Source: a virus
Taxonomy: Duplodnaviria; Caudoviricetes
IMG/VR virus record: IMGVR_UViG_3300017569_000030
Coordinates: 17,472 to 81,471 of that record
Strand: one strand, 5' to 3'
Length of the DNA stretch: 64,000 bases
Position numbers and translations under genes: made by a program. The notes under the pieces are model-generated. The model had not been told where the DNA came from, ran no database searches, and saw nothing but the letters and a program-made list of their open reading frames with translations. Shown one piece after another: positions 32,701 through 43,200 of the stretch. How positions within the stretch are numbered: the first letter of the stretch is position 1; each line of letters begins with the position of its first letter.

Positions 32701-34769
32701 AAATAATAATCATTGTAATAGAAAAGTAGCACAATACACAATTTCTGGAAAATTTCTTAGATATTATGATAGTATGACTGAAGCAGAACAAGAGCTTCAA
32801 ATAAGTACAATATATCAAGCTATTATTAAAAAATTTACTTCTGGAGGATTTCAATGGAGATATTATGATGGTGATACATCTGATATATCGACTTTGATTT
32901 CTAGGAAAAATAAAAATTTAGTATTACCTATTAAAATGTTTTCTAAAGATGGAACATTTATAAAAGAGTATAACTGTGTAAACGATTGTGTAAAAGAAAA
33001 TCCAAATTTATCTGCCAGTTAGATAAATAGAGTTTTAACCAAAATAATTAAATCTCATAAAGGTTTTACTTTTACATACAAAGATGAAGATATGATCTAG
33101 TCTATTTAGAAATAAATAGTATATCGAATGAAATTTCGTTTGTGGTAGATAGAGCATTAACTCGTGAATATCCAGATAAGGGTTATGGAGTATGCATCGA
33201 TCTTACCGCAGATAAAACATCTGGAACTCCTGCTGTTGCAAAATTCAGTATCACTGGAAAAGATTTCATGACCAACAAACTTATAGGCGTAGGCGGGTAT
33301 GATGGAAAAAGTTCTGGTGAAGTTGCAAGCAATGTAGCAGGTTCTAAGCTAATAATGATGGGCTTAAAAATATTTATTTGACAGCGTAGGTCCATCAATA
33401 AAAAATTCTTTTAAGTGCTGGAAAGTAGCATAACTGATATTAACTTGTTAAGTTTTAATAATAATATTAGTGCTATAATCAGCAGCCAAGATGTATTTGT
33501 AATTCCTTTAGGAATTAATACACAAGGTTCAACGACTAGGCGCAAGCCATAGATTAATTTATTAAAATTAAATCGAAATGGAGAATAATCAAATCAAATA
33601 TATTGTATATTGTACTACCTGTACAATTAATAAATTCATTTATATTGGTTATCATAAAACCAAAAATCCAGATATTTTTGATGGATATATAGGAAATGGA
33701 ATTTATATAAATAATCCAAGTACCTATAATAATCCTAAACAAAAATTTCAATATGCTGTAAAGAAATATGGTCCTTCTAATTTTATAAGAAGTACAATTG
33801 CCGTATTTAATACCGAAGAAGAAGCGTTAGATTTAGAAGCGGAAATAGTAAATGAAGAATTTCTTAAACGGTCTGATGTATATAACGTGGCATTAGGAGG
33901 TTTAGGAGGGAATTGGATAATAACAGCACATAAAACTTATCAATATGATTCTGAAGGAAACTTTTTAAATGAATATGTATCTATTAAAGATGCTTCTATG
34001 AAAATTAACCGATCTTTCAGAAGTTTATGGAGGGCTATTAATGATAAATGTAAGTGTGGAGGATTTTTTTGGACAGAAACGAAATTTGATAAATTAGATT
34101 TATCAAAAATGAAATTATATGAAGGATTACACACGATACCTACTTTTCAATATGATAATTTGGGAAATTATGAATGTTGTTATGATTCAATTTCTGATGC
34201 TGGAAGAATATTAAATATTCATTCAGCAAATATTTCTAGAGCAATTAAATTAGGAGAAATATGTAAAAATAAGTATTTTACAAATATCTATGCTCCTAAC
34301 TATAGCATTTCAAAAGATAGACAAATTAAATCCTTTGAAATACACCAATATGATTTAGCAGGTAAATATATTACCTCATATAAAAATATGCAAGAAGCTA
34401 AAAATAAATTAAAAATTAAGGCAAATATTTATACTGCTATTAAATTGGGGCAAACGTGTGGAGGTTATCAATGGAATTTTGAAAAGTTGCCTCAAATGCC
34501 TCCTGTTAAATCTAAATCTGGAAAAGCTCGAAGAGTTGGTAAATTTGATAAAAATAATAATCTTGTGGAAGAATATAAGTCCTTAGCAGAGTGCAAAAGA
34601 ATTAATGGAGCTTCAGTAGAACACGTTATTAGGGGTAGAAATGAATTTTCTAAGGGGTACAAATATAAATATTTAGATGATTAAAGATATAGTCTGAAAT
34701 TTAGTCAATTTTGACGCTGGTGTAGCGGCTTTCACTCCTTATAGGTCAGTAATTGTCCGTGAGGCTTAA
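26701..34769 (+). CDS. Major capsid protein, 10 exons: 26701-26742, 26985-27479, 28464-28496, 28738-28918, 30211-30242, 30472-30495, 30747-30779, 31650-31943, 33127-33364, 34714-34769 (1428 nt, 475 aa)
   Basis: Exons join in frame: ..PTMG|QTKT..PELNEEG|YSKFQSQMELH|RNFMTTFR..MNTG|LCFNKGNIDVN|GKPTITDP|DTGRGIYIGEG|LIPQIE..YIYAG|NEISFVVDRAL..KLIMMG|YAGVAAFTPYRS, resembling crAss-like MCPs. Each 5' junction has a P1 helix ending in U.G. Confidence 0.9.
26743..26984 (+). ncRNA. MCP group I intron 1 (242 nt, no ORF)
   Basis: P1 GGGU/GCCC; P10 AGUUUG/CAAACU; AATCAGCAG, TTCAACGACTA, GATATAGTCT. Confidence 0.9.
27480..28463 (+). mobile_element. MCP group I intron 2 (984 nt) with GIY-YIG endonuclease
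   Basis: P1 GAGGAAGGU/GCUUUCCUC; core motifs flank the ORF; ends AATAATTG. Confidence 0.9.
27705..28418 (+). CDS. GIY-YIG homing endonuclease with NUMOD1-like repeats (237 aa)
   Basis: YIVYQTTNKVNGKIYIGVH, YLGNG, EADLVN..YNL. Confidence 0.87.
   Translation: MKYIVYQTTNKVNGKIYIGVHKTETPDDFDGYLGNGIYIYRPSSYMHPKTYFQYAVKKYGIKNFIRTTIKVFDIEADAYKMEADLVNDEFIQRDDTYNLILGGKDVSQFMVKVYMYDLNGNYEMEFESLIAAAKYLNPNAKGGGHLPRAIKHRHQFLGHQFSYEKVDNIGPIKAMKNRTHVEKPYTGGKVGRFDKEGNLLETFETMTDCVKAGYKNAKLVALGKRNICKGFVFKYLD
28497..28737 (+). ncRNA. MCP group I intron 3 (241 nt, no ORF), apparent terminal A
   Basis: P1 GAGUUGCAU/GUGCAACUU; P10 AUUACG/CGUAAU places the 3' splice site after A28737. Confidence 0.85.
28919..30210 (+). 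mobile_element. MCP group I intron 4 (1292 nt, phase 1) with GIY-YIG endonuclease
   Basis: P1 CAGGGU/GCCCUG; core motifs; terminal G30210. Confidence 0.88.
29064..30164 (+). CDS. GIY-YIG homing endonuclease with NUMOD1-like repeats (366 aa)
   Basis: YIVYQTININNNKIYVGVH; repeated YQ(F/Y)DxxG units. Confidence 0.87.
   Translation: MENNFKYIVYQTININNNKIYVGVHKTKDPSIFDGYIGNGVNIYHPSTYVKPKYPFQYAVKKYGTSSFRRSVLYIFDNDKMAYNKEAEIVNEEFIKRSDTYNVILSGKIHPTYYIRSCIYQFDLQGNLVKKWNDIYDVSEFLCTWKESVYSAIRHKSRLYNFYWSYSDSINLSEYSSPNESRKVYQYNKDGKCIAIYNTIGEAARYNNVQPGHIITYIKAGTFSKGEYFYSYELYDEYVSKPRLDLKGKTLYLYDLDGNFIKSEFIVDFKREFDIHTYKEISNIILNKSSLKGFQIRLEYTETIEKYSPKNKKRAVEVYTIDGSLVGEFESVTLACKTLKLDSSTVSKILRGVAKTTKGYTIKYKN
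30243..30471 (+). ncRNA. MCP group I intron 5 (229 nt, no ORF)
   Basis: P1 UGUGAAU/GUUCACA; core nearly identical to intron 3. Confidence 0.9.
30496..30746 (+). ncRNA. MCP group I intron 6 (251 nt, no ORF)
   Basis: P1 AGAUCCU/GGGAUCU; P10 CCUGUGUU/GACACAGG. Confidence 0.9.
30780..31649 (+). mobile_element. MCP group I intron 7 (870 nt) with LAGLIDADG-type endonuclease
   Basis: P1 GGGU/GCCC; different core (AATTCGGTGAA..AATACCGAG..GTAACGACTA..AAGATATAGTCT); terminal G31649. Confidence 0.87.
30948..31565 (+). CDS. LAGLIDADG-family homing endonuclease (205 aa)
   Basis: Two helices LISLVLGDGHI and GLAIWFMDDGS. Confidence 0.87.
   Translation: MQKRKKSLLISLVLGDGHIAKSGKGNCLQITHSIKQKEYFEWKRQLIADLLDCNLPGVYHREDSRHNEFSLNKSHRYFRIIRKWLYKNGIKRFNKKILDYITAEGLAIWFMDDGSHCVNRRKSTGKVMSHTFKLYTFTNEEDTDNIIQMFKEKFGINVYKLKYIKKDGSLSYYLQWKTREGRKFCNLIRPYVIPSMQYKLLQPGE
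31944..33126 (+). mobile_element. MCP group I intron 8 (1183 nt) with GIY-YIG endonuclease
   Basis: P7 is GATCA (32125-32129)/TGATC (33093-33097); terminal G33126. Confidence 0.85.
32177..33115 (+). CDS. GIY-YIG homing endonuclease (312 aa with TAG=Gln)
   Basis: IVYITVNLCNSKFYFGVH; track ORFs 32177 and 32450 join through TAG 32411; first TAA at 33113-33115. Confidence 0.8.
33365..34713 (+). mobile_element. MCP group I intron 9 (1349 nt, phase 1) with GIY-YIG endonuclease
   Basis: P1 UGAUGGGCU/GGUCCAUCA; P10 CAGCGU/ACGCUG; terminal G34713. Confidence 0.88.
33578..34684 (+). CDS. GIY-YIG homing endonuclease with NUMOD1-like repeats (368 aa)
   Basis: YIVYCTTCTINKFIYIGYH; EAEIVNEEFLKRSDVYNV shared with the 29064 ORF. 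Confidence 0.87.
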   Translation: MENNQIKYIVYCTTCTINKFIYIGYHKTKNPDIFDGYIGNGIYINNPSTYNNPKQKFQYAVKKYGPSNFIRSTIAVFNTEEEALDLEAEIVNEEFLKRSDVYNVALGGLGGNWIITAHKTYQYDSEGNFLNEYVSIKDASMKINRSFRSLWRAINDKCKCGGFFWTETKFDKLDLSKMKLYEGLHTIPTFQYDNLGNYECCYDSISDAGRILNIHSANISRAIKLGEICKNKYFTNIYAPNYSISKDRQIKSFEIHQYDLAGKYITSYKNMQEAKNKLKIKANIYTAIKLGQTCGGYQWNFEKLPQMPPVKSKSGKARRVGKFDKNNNLVEEYKSLAECKRINGASVEHVIRGRNEFSKGYKYKYLDD

Positions 34770-34820
34770 TTGTGAAAGCAAGAATTTAAAAATAAAATAA
34801 AAAATAGAAATATAGATTAG

Positions 34821-34850
34821 TAAGGGAGAGCCTTAATACCCTCTCCCTTA
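34821..34850 (+). other. Perfect 10-bp hairpin after MCP (TAAGGGAGAG/CTCTCCCTTA)
   Basis: Read directly; lacks a long T tract. Confidence 0.6.
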
Positions 34851-34877
34851 CATTATTTAAATGTTAAATGAATTAAT

Positions 34878-35741
34878 ATGGCAAACAAGACAGTTACTAA
34901 AACTGATATTGTATTTGATGGAAAAATTATCACATTAAGAAGTGTGTATGATAAGGCAGGAATTAAATATTTTATTCAGCCTTGTAAAAATAAATTAGGT
35001 CAATATCCTCCATGCATCAAACGTGTGGATTCTACTGGGAATATGATTATGAGTGAAAAAGAAAGAGACGCTTGGTCTGAAGGCAAAGCTGTTTTCTTTC
35101 CAGAAAATCACATGTTTGAAATAACAAGCGGAAAGACCTATAACTTAGATGATCCTCGCGAAAAAGCAGAGTGGGATGCTATATGTAATTGCCCTCTTAT
35201 TGCTCCTAGCAGGGATGCAAGAGATGCAAATGGAAATCTTATTATAGATGGACCGCAATATTCTACCTTAAAGAAACCTGCTCGTATGGGTGTAGCAGAG
35301 CTTTATGTTGATAGACCTGGATTAGATACTCAACGCAGAGTTTCACATAAGAAACTTGTTCATACTGCTGAATCATATATTTATGATGATGAGCGTGGAA
35401 CAGATGGTCGTTTGAATATGGCTAGACTACTTGGTAAGAATATGAAGAATCAACCAGATGCAGATGTTACAGACTTCTTAATCCGCATTGCCGAGAAAGA
35501 ACCTCAGAAGATTATCAATCTTTATACAGGTGGAGAAACATCTCTTCGTCTATTGTTTATAGAAGCTCGTGAAAAGAAAGTTATCTATATTAAGAATAAG
35601 TTATACTTATATGGAGATAATATTGTTTTAGGAGCAACAGACGATGCGGTTATCGCTTGGATGAAAGATCCAAAGAATCAAAAGGTTCTGGAATTAATTA
35701 AAAAAGACACTTATCCAGATTATTATCCTAGTGCTGAATAA
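34878..35741 (+). CDS. Conserved crAss-like protein downstream of MCP (287 aa)
   Basis: Intact ORF with no TAG; position in the capsid module. Confidence 0.85.
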   Translation: MANKTVTKTDIVFDGKIITLRSVYDKAGIKYFIQPCKNKLGQYPPCIKRVDSTGNMIMSEKERDAWSEGKAVFFPENHMFEITSGKTYNLDDPREKAEWDAICNCPLIAPSRDARDANGNLIIDGPQYSTLKKPARMGVAELYVDRPGLDTQRRVSHKKLVHTAESYIYDDERGTDGRLNMARLLGKNMKNQPDADVTDFLIRIAEKEPQKIINLYTGGETSLRLLFIEAREKKVIYIKNKLYLYGDNIVLGATDDAVIAWMKDPKNQKVLELIKKDTYPDYYPSAE

Positions 35742-35773
35742 GATATGAATTTGTAGCTGAAAAACTTATTTAA

Positions 35774-36763
35774 ATGACAGCTAGACAAGTATGGGAAGGC
35801 ATGTTAACAGAATTAAGTAAAGTTAATGCACCTAGTATGCTATTATAGGACTTTAATTATTTCTTTAACAAAGCCATTCGTCAATATATAAATAAACGCT
35901 ATAACATCTATGATGTTAATTAGCAGACAACTGACGATCTTAGAGTTTTAAAAGCTACTACAATACTTGATGTTAATAAGTCAACATAGTTTGAACCTTA
36001 TAATGGAATTTCAGACTTGGGTGCGGGAATATCTAAAATATTTGGAGCAACTTATGAAGTATAGCTTCCTCCCGATTATATGCATTTACTAAACTGTATT
36101 TGTATATATAAAGTTAACAAACGATTTAAGTGCTATAATGAAGGAGATGATGTTTAGTTTGCTGCTAAACGTCTTACAGCAGATGCTTGGTCAGTAATAA
36201 TAAATGATTATTATAATAGACCTCTCCCAGAGAGACCTTATTATTATTTACATCAAGTAAATACTAATGAATGGATTCCTACTAATCCACTTACGAATAG
36301 TGAAACCTTATCTGCTAATACTAGGGGTACAGACCCAACAAAGGAAATTTCTTCAAGTACACTTAGTGGAGAAGGGTTAGCACCTAGAAAAGTATCTGTT
36401 TCTGGATTTACTGGTGATATGGTAGAAAGAGAAGCAGGTATGAGGTATGGAAATAGTAGTAATGTAAGACTCGAAATTCGTTATGGTCATGATGACACTG
36501 TTTTTAAGTTAGAAAAAGTGTTTATTGACTATATAAAAACACCACAAGAAATAAGATTAACATAGGAACAAGTTAATTTAACAGAAGACACATCACAAAT
36601 CATGGAATTTCCAGATTACGTGTGTCAAGAGATAATAAATGAGCTGACAAATTTGGTCATGGAGAACACAGCTGATCCAAGACTTTAGACACATCCAGTT
36701 ATAACTTAGTCTATTGCTAATCCAGCTCAAGCATAGACACCACAAGCTACTCGTGAGTAGTAA
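35774..36763 (+). CDS. Putative head-tail ring protein (329 aa, ten TAG)
   Basis: MTARQVWEGMLTELSKVNAPSMLLQDFNYFFNKAIRQYINKRYNIYDVNQQTTDDLRVLK resembles conserved crAss-like neck proteins; missing from the ORF track. Confidence 0.8.
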
Positions 36764-36780
36764 AATTAAAAATTTAAATT

Positions 36781-37743
36781 ATGTTTACATTTACAACTAC
36801 TAATGTAATTAATTCTAACAAAGACCTTACTACTGGTAAGCCTCTTTGGAGCGCACAAGTTGCAACAGCAGATAAAGGAGCAAGTTTTAATGTAAAGCGT
36901 GTTAATAACTTTAAAGCAGAGAATGTTGAAGCTATTTATAAAGCAGAAGCTAGTGATCCAGAACTTGCTGCAGTTGCTATAGATCTTTCTCAACTTAATG
37001 CAACAGAAGGTGAGCAATATCGCCTTGCATTATATATTGGTCTTACACAAGCTTCTCAGAACTCACGTTATTCCAATGATTTAATATTCAAAGGTAAACC
37101 TTTTACTGTTGAATTTGTTTGGAAAGCAGATGCTGTTACTACTGTTGAAAATCTTGTTAAGACAATAAAGAAATATGAACTTCTTGTTTATGGTGAGAAG
37201 TTATTGAATATTTCTTATAGTGGAAATTTCATTCTTCTTGAAGCTACTACTGAATATCAAAGATTCCGTAAAGTAAACCTTGAAAAATTTGATGCAAGTG
37301 CTCATTTTGGAATGGGTGATTATACAGTAGTTCGTTCTCTTGAAGATATGACTGAAATGGATTCTAACTCTGCAGTAACTGATGCATTTAAGAGTGGTTC
37401 TACAACAACGCCTACAGAAGGTTATTTTGTTGGAAAAGAAGGTTTTGGAACTTATTCTTATCTGCTCCACAATCTTCGTTTGCCTACTTCTGCTCGTACA
37501 GATGCATTTGCTATTAATCAAGACGAAACTCCTATTGTGGGGGCTAAATATGATCAATATACAATTCGTTATTGTGTTAATCGTGGTCCTCTTGGTACAA
37601 ATGCAGTAGGTGATTAGGTTAAATCGGTTACAACTCATGTATTTTATGTGAAGAGTGATTTATCTGATGATTTTAAGACAAATCTTGAGACAATCGCAGG
37701 AACTGCTGGTATTATAACAGTACCAAAAGTAGTAACTCCTTAA
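36781..37743 (+). CDS. Putative auxiliary capsid protein (320 aa)
   Basis: MFTFTTTNVINS..; one TAG at 37615; TAA 37741-37743 then a terminator. Confidence 0.78.
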
Positions 37744-37757
37744 TATTGTTATTTCAT

Positions 37758-37790
37758 AGGCGAGGGCGCAATTTCGCCTTCGCCTTTTTT
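37758..37790 (+). terminator. Intrinsic terminator
   Basis: AGGCGAGGGCG/CGCCTTCGCCT stem followed by a T tract. Confidence 0.85.
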
Positions 37791-37799
37791 CTTTTTATT

Positions 37800-38498
37800 A
37801 TGTACACAAAAGTATCAAAATTAGCTTCACAAGTTTATAATAATATAAACTCTGGGCTACAAGGATTCAGAACAAATGATTCTATGTCTCTTGAATTACT
37901 TGCTGATTCAGTTGTACAAGAACGATTACAAGTAATTAAAGAGTACTCATTAAAAGGAATATTACCTGTAAAGGATTTATATATATCAGTTAACTGTATT
38001 CCAGTTGATTGCAAAGATATTGAAAGATGTAGGTGTAATATGGGAAGTAGTGATGATTGTGAAAATACTGCCACAGCACATTTTGAAATACCCCAAATTG
38101 TAAATGATTATGGAGCTATGTCAATAGACTATATAGGTTCAGCAGATCATCAATATCCATTTCTTTATTCAACATCTTCAACCATATTTAGATAGAGGAA
38201 ATATCGTAAAAGAGGAAAGAAAAAACCTTTTGTTTGGATAGATACTACTCCAAATGAAAATGGAATGTATGATTGCTTTGTGTTTAATGCTCCTCTTTTA
38301 AGTACAGTATCTATATCTGCGATATTTAAGGATTTAAGACAATTAGAAGGGTATGGGTGTTGTGAAAGTAATTCTGATGATAATCTGAGCTTTATTGATA
38401 ATGAAGTTGTAAGGCGTTTAACTCAAAAGATGATTAACTGGTATCGTGCTTATGCATAGATTCCAGGACCTAACACACAAGCATACGATCAAGGATAA
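37800..38498 (+). CDS. Putative tail ring protein (232 aa)
   Basis: ATG 37800; through TAG 38193 and 38457; TAATG coupling to the next gene. Confidence 0.72.
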
Positions 38499-39187
38499 TG
38501 AATAACTTCCATTACGCGCTAAGTTTAATGAATACCTTATATGGTATTGAAATGCAAGAAGACGATTTTGAAGAAGCAGCATTGATTGCTTGGGGTCTTA
38601 TTGGTAATAAAAGAACAAGATTATATAGATATAGTACTTGTGTAGAGGATTGTTCTGAAGGAATTTAGCTTCCATGTAACTGTGAACAATTAGAAGCGGT
38701 TACAACTGATTTTGAAGAGTGGGATTATTCAACAAACGATACACCAAATGGTAATGATTATTCTGCGTTTGTTGAATCATATATAGAACACCGAAAAGCA
38801 TTTAGAAATCCTTTATATTTGTCAGGTAAACTTATAAGATATGAACGAGTAGGAGATATGCTTTATTTTGATAGGCCTCACGGACGCATTAATATACTTT
38901 ATAAAGGAGTAATATTAGATGATGAAGATCTTCCAGAAATTACTGACAAAGAAGCAACTGCTATTGCTGCTTATTGTGCCTATGTTGTTAAATTTAAAGA
39001 AGGAATGATGACTAATAATGCTGGCATAATTCAATTAGCTAATGTATTAAAGTCAGATTGGAACATTAAATGTGATTAGGCTAGAGCAGATCACTATATG
39101 TCTCAGAATGAATGGGATGAGGTACTTGACGCGAAGACCAGTTGGAATAGAAAGCAATATAATAAATCTTTAAAACTATATCACTAA
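38498..39187 (+). CDS. Putative tail ring/tubular protein (229 aa)
   Basis: FEEAALIAWGLIGNK..GVILDDEDLPEITDKEATAIAAYCAY; TAA 39185-39187. Confidence 0.72.
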
Positions 39188-39188
39188 T

Positions 39189-40217
39189 ATGCCAAGACTT
39201 GCATTAGGTTGTGCTTTTAATTTGACCGATATGTTTATGAATATGCCTCTTAAGAAATTGAAAATGAACTGTTACCAATGCAAAGATCTAATAGGAACTT
39301 GTCATCGAGATAAGTTAGCATCAAAAATATTTACTAGTTGTTTAAAGTTAGTTATAGAGGATATAGTACAAAACAATGTTACTTTCTGGTTTCCTATGAA
39401 TGGAATTAGAAAGTGTAATATGCATATAAAGAAAGTTGATGGGGATGAATTTAAGATTTGTCGTAGAAAAGGAAAATGGTTAGATGTTGATTTTTTAGCA
39501 TCTGATTTTTCTGGATATGAAATCAGATTATTTATGTCTGGAAATCGTACCCCTCGCGAAAAGATAGTTTATGTTACTTCTAAATATAAAAATATAATCA
39601 CAGAAAAGACCAATCAAGGTTTTGCTTACGGAGATGGTAAAAATGATAAATATTTAAAGGATTATCTCGATTAGGTATATGTTTTATATCCAAAAGTATT
39701 AAAATCTGATATAAAAAAAATTTTAAATTTTGGATGGAAGTCATTATATTTACATAATAGTTATGGTGGAGACACTTTAATAACTAATAATAAAGATGTT
39801 TGGGTTTATATTGGAAGATTAAAGAAAAAACCTTTAGATCATTTCTATTATTATATAAGACGATTAACTGTTAAATTAAGAGTCATATATAAAAGAAAGA
39901 AATTTAAATGGGATGGTTATTATTATTTTGCATTATCTAATTCAAGATATGAATATTATTTATCTCAATTTAACAAAAGAGGACGCAAAAGAAGAACTTT
40001 TGATTTTGGATCTGTATTCTTATATGAAATTCTTGATGAATGTAGAATAAACGAACATTATAAAAAATATATCTTCCGAGTTCCTTATATATCTTATGTT
40101 AAAATAAAATTTTTTGCTAGAGATCTAAAAACAGATAAAGCCGAATTAATTGAAATACGCGAGCCTATGAAATTTAAAGATATATCAGTTTGGGAAAATA
40201 AATATTCCGTTTTATGA
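39189..40217 (+). CDS. Basic protein, possibly IHF/HU-like (342 aa)
   Basis: Lys/Arg/Tyr-rich; through TAG 39672 to TGA 40215-40217; the fold call rests on position and composition only. Confidence 0.65.
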
Positions 40218-43200
40218 AGAAACAAGAAGCCATTAATACGTTTACTGGTGGAATGATCAGTGATTTTAACCCAATTATCACCCCAGATAATGTATTAGTT
40301 AATGCATTAAACGCCACCTTAATTACTATGAATGGTAATGAGAATGCATTATAGAATGATATGGGTAATGGAAGAGTAGAAACAGCCTATTTACCAGAAG
40401 GATATATTCCAGTAGGTACTTGTGAATATGGCGATATAATTTACATTGTTTCTTTTAACCCTCTAAATAATAAATGTCAAATTGGATGCTTTCCAAGCCC
40501 AGAACGTAACATTGACAGTGATGAAATATCTGATTGGGGAGTTGTATTATAGAATGAAGATTTTCAAAAATTTAATGGAACAGAGCCTACTGGAGAATTA
40601 ATAACTAATTCTGTAAAGAAAATTATTTATCAAAAATCCATGAATCCTGGAGATAAATATTTAATTTATGGAGATCAAATTTCGACTGGAGCAAATACTT
40701 TATCCGATTATGGGAATGTACAACATACTCATAATAGCTATCCAAAATTTATTAAAGCACATGTTGTAAGTATAGAAGATTCTGGTAAAATCACATATCT
40801 AGATTCTACAACTCAATGGTATAAAAATAGTAATAAGGATAGTAATAAGGATAATGACTATTATATTAAAAACGGACAGGTAACGAACCAAGAGGATATT
40901 GATGATTATAGAAGTAAATTGTAGTCTAACTATTCTGTATTTCATTCTAAAATTTCTGGTAAGTTAGCTTTACTATTTGAATTAGAAAAAATCACTGGGT
41001 TTAGCTGCTCTTGGTTTTATTCTGAAGTAAAATCAACTGAAGAAAGTACTAATACTGAAGAAAATACTAATAAAGAATATAAAATTGGATTTGCTATTAA
41101 TTGGACTACTGATAATAATAATATTAATCCTAAATATATTGTATTGACTAAATCTGAATGGAGTAGTAATCAAATACTTGTAAAAAAAGAAGAAACAGAT
41201 GACAAAGGTATTACTAAATATATTTGGGAACCTACTACTTATTCTGATGAAATTCCCAAAGCGTTTTTCAAAAAAGATGACACAGGTGAATATAAAGTAA
41301 ATTCAGAATATTGCCATTCTGAAATAAGTAGAATTTTTTATCCAGAAAATGATAGTTGTGATTATAAAAAATTTATAACTCCTATACAAGGAGAGATTAC
41401 TTCAATAGAGCATAGTAAATCTTATGATATACAAATTAATTCAATATTATATGCTTTAAAAAAACAGGGCATAAGTAATCAAGCTGTTGAAAGTGAGATA
41501 GAATATAATTATGATAATCCTATTACTAAAATAATATATAATAGTGATAAAACAGGTATATATATAAATCCTATTTATTATAAGAAAGGCGACAATGGGA
41601 ATGAATATTATACTCTACAAAATAGTGAATATTTTAAATTAAACGAATTAAAAACTTCGGATAAATTTGTATCTGATGATATTATTAATAATACTTTAAA
41701 TTATTCAGTTGTAAAAAATGATTTGCTTGATACAACTTTTAAAGTTGATAAATCAAATGATTTAACAGGATTAATTTATCATTATTAGATTTGTCCTGCA
41801 ATGCCGTATGGTATATTACAAGAATATGCTGTTGATGGATATATTGATTTTAGTAAGATTGGAACTACTAATATAGAATTAAATCAATGGCGGTATTATA
41901 ACTCTGGAGAAACTTCTACTTTAACTTGGGGATTAACTGCATATACTGAACAAGACCAATCTATAAAAGATGTTACTTTTGAATTTATAGATTCAGGTGG
42001 TGTAGCAGCTTATTTTCACGCAATAAATAAAGTTTCATATAATGGAAGTTTTACTGAATATTTAATATTAAATACAAATACTAATACTTATTTAAATAAT
42101 CGTAATTCTGATAGTAATTAGACATATCACAAAGGTATTGAAGTAATATATACAGACGATAATGCATCAGATTTTGATACTACTAAATATATTTATTTAG
42201 ATGGAGAGGGACAACCAGTTACAAAATTTAATCCAAATACCACCTATTATTATGATGATTGTGGTGTATTATATCCTAACTGGTTGTATTTGGTTCGTAT
42301 TACTGTACGTTATGGAGTACAAGATGCATTAGGAAATTATATTGATACTACTTCAAAAATATTTTATAGATGGCTTTGGACTAATAGTATGTTTAATGAA
42401 TATTATTATACTGTTAGTGATTTTAATAATTTATAGCCAGAATTAAATTTGAACGCTCTTGTAAATTATAAGCAAAAGGATAATTTTAAAGTAATGCAAG
42501 CTGAGTATAAATCTATAAATTCTGAAGTAGATAAATAGAATTATGAAAACTTATCTGCCACAGTTTAGGCTATTAACCAAGTAAAAACACCTGAGGCAAA
42601 CTTAGGAATGAATATTACTTCGGGATTATCTGAGAATTATGGAATGTTTTCATTACTTGATAATGATGATACTAAAGCTATTGATGTAAATATTTATTTA
42701 GCTCAAAAATACATTGAAAATTCAGTAGAACCTACAGTTCTTAGTACAAGTTCTTCCAATTCAGTTGTATTTGCAGGAGTTAATGAAACTAGCGACGCTT
42801 CAGTTAATGATACAGTATTAAATTAGGAGGTTGGTACTGATTTACTAGCAGCACTTGGTTTAGACTAGACTAGTAATTATGAAGAAATATATGATAGTGC
42901 TACTGCTTATGAAAATTACAAAAATTCATTTAATTTAAGAATTAAGGGTGATGCAGAACTAAACAATGAAAATTTAGGAGTTTATATATCATATAATCAA
43001 GAAGAAGTAAGTTTAGATTCAGAAACACCAGTGGGTAATGGAAAAGATGGCAAATATACTAAATATTCTTGTAAATTATAGAATATTGACAGTTATTATA
43101 CTTCTGATTTTCTTGATTTAACTCTTTCCCTTATTCATTATAGTAAATTTTATAATACTTTAAAACAAAAATCTAAAACATTACAATTTATTAAACCATT

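Noticed and set aside
27705-34684. Endonucleases as inteins or free-standing genes
   Set aside because: They have their own start and stop codons, lack intein terminal motifs and lie inside ribozyme cores.
26743-34713. Repeated AATTGCTGG / AATCAGCAGC / TTCAACGACTA / GATATAGTCT blocks as CRISPR or REP repeats
   Set aside because: They are conserved group I intron core elements in fixed order, with no repeat-spacer periodicity and no cas genes.
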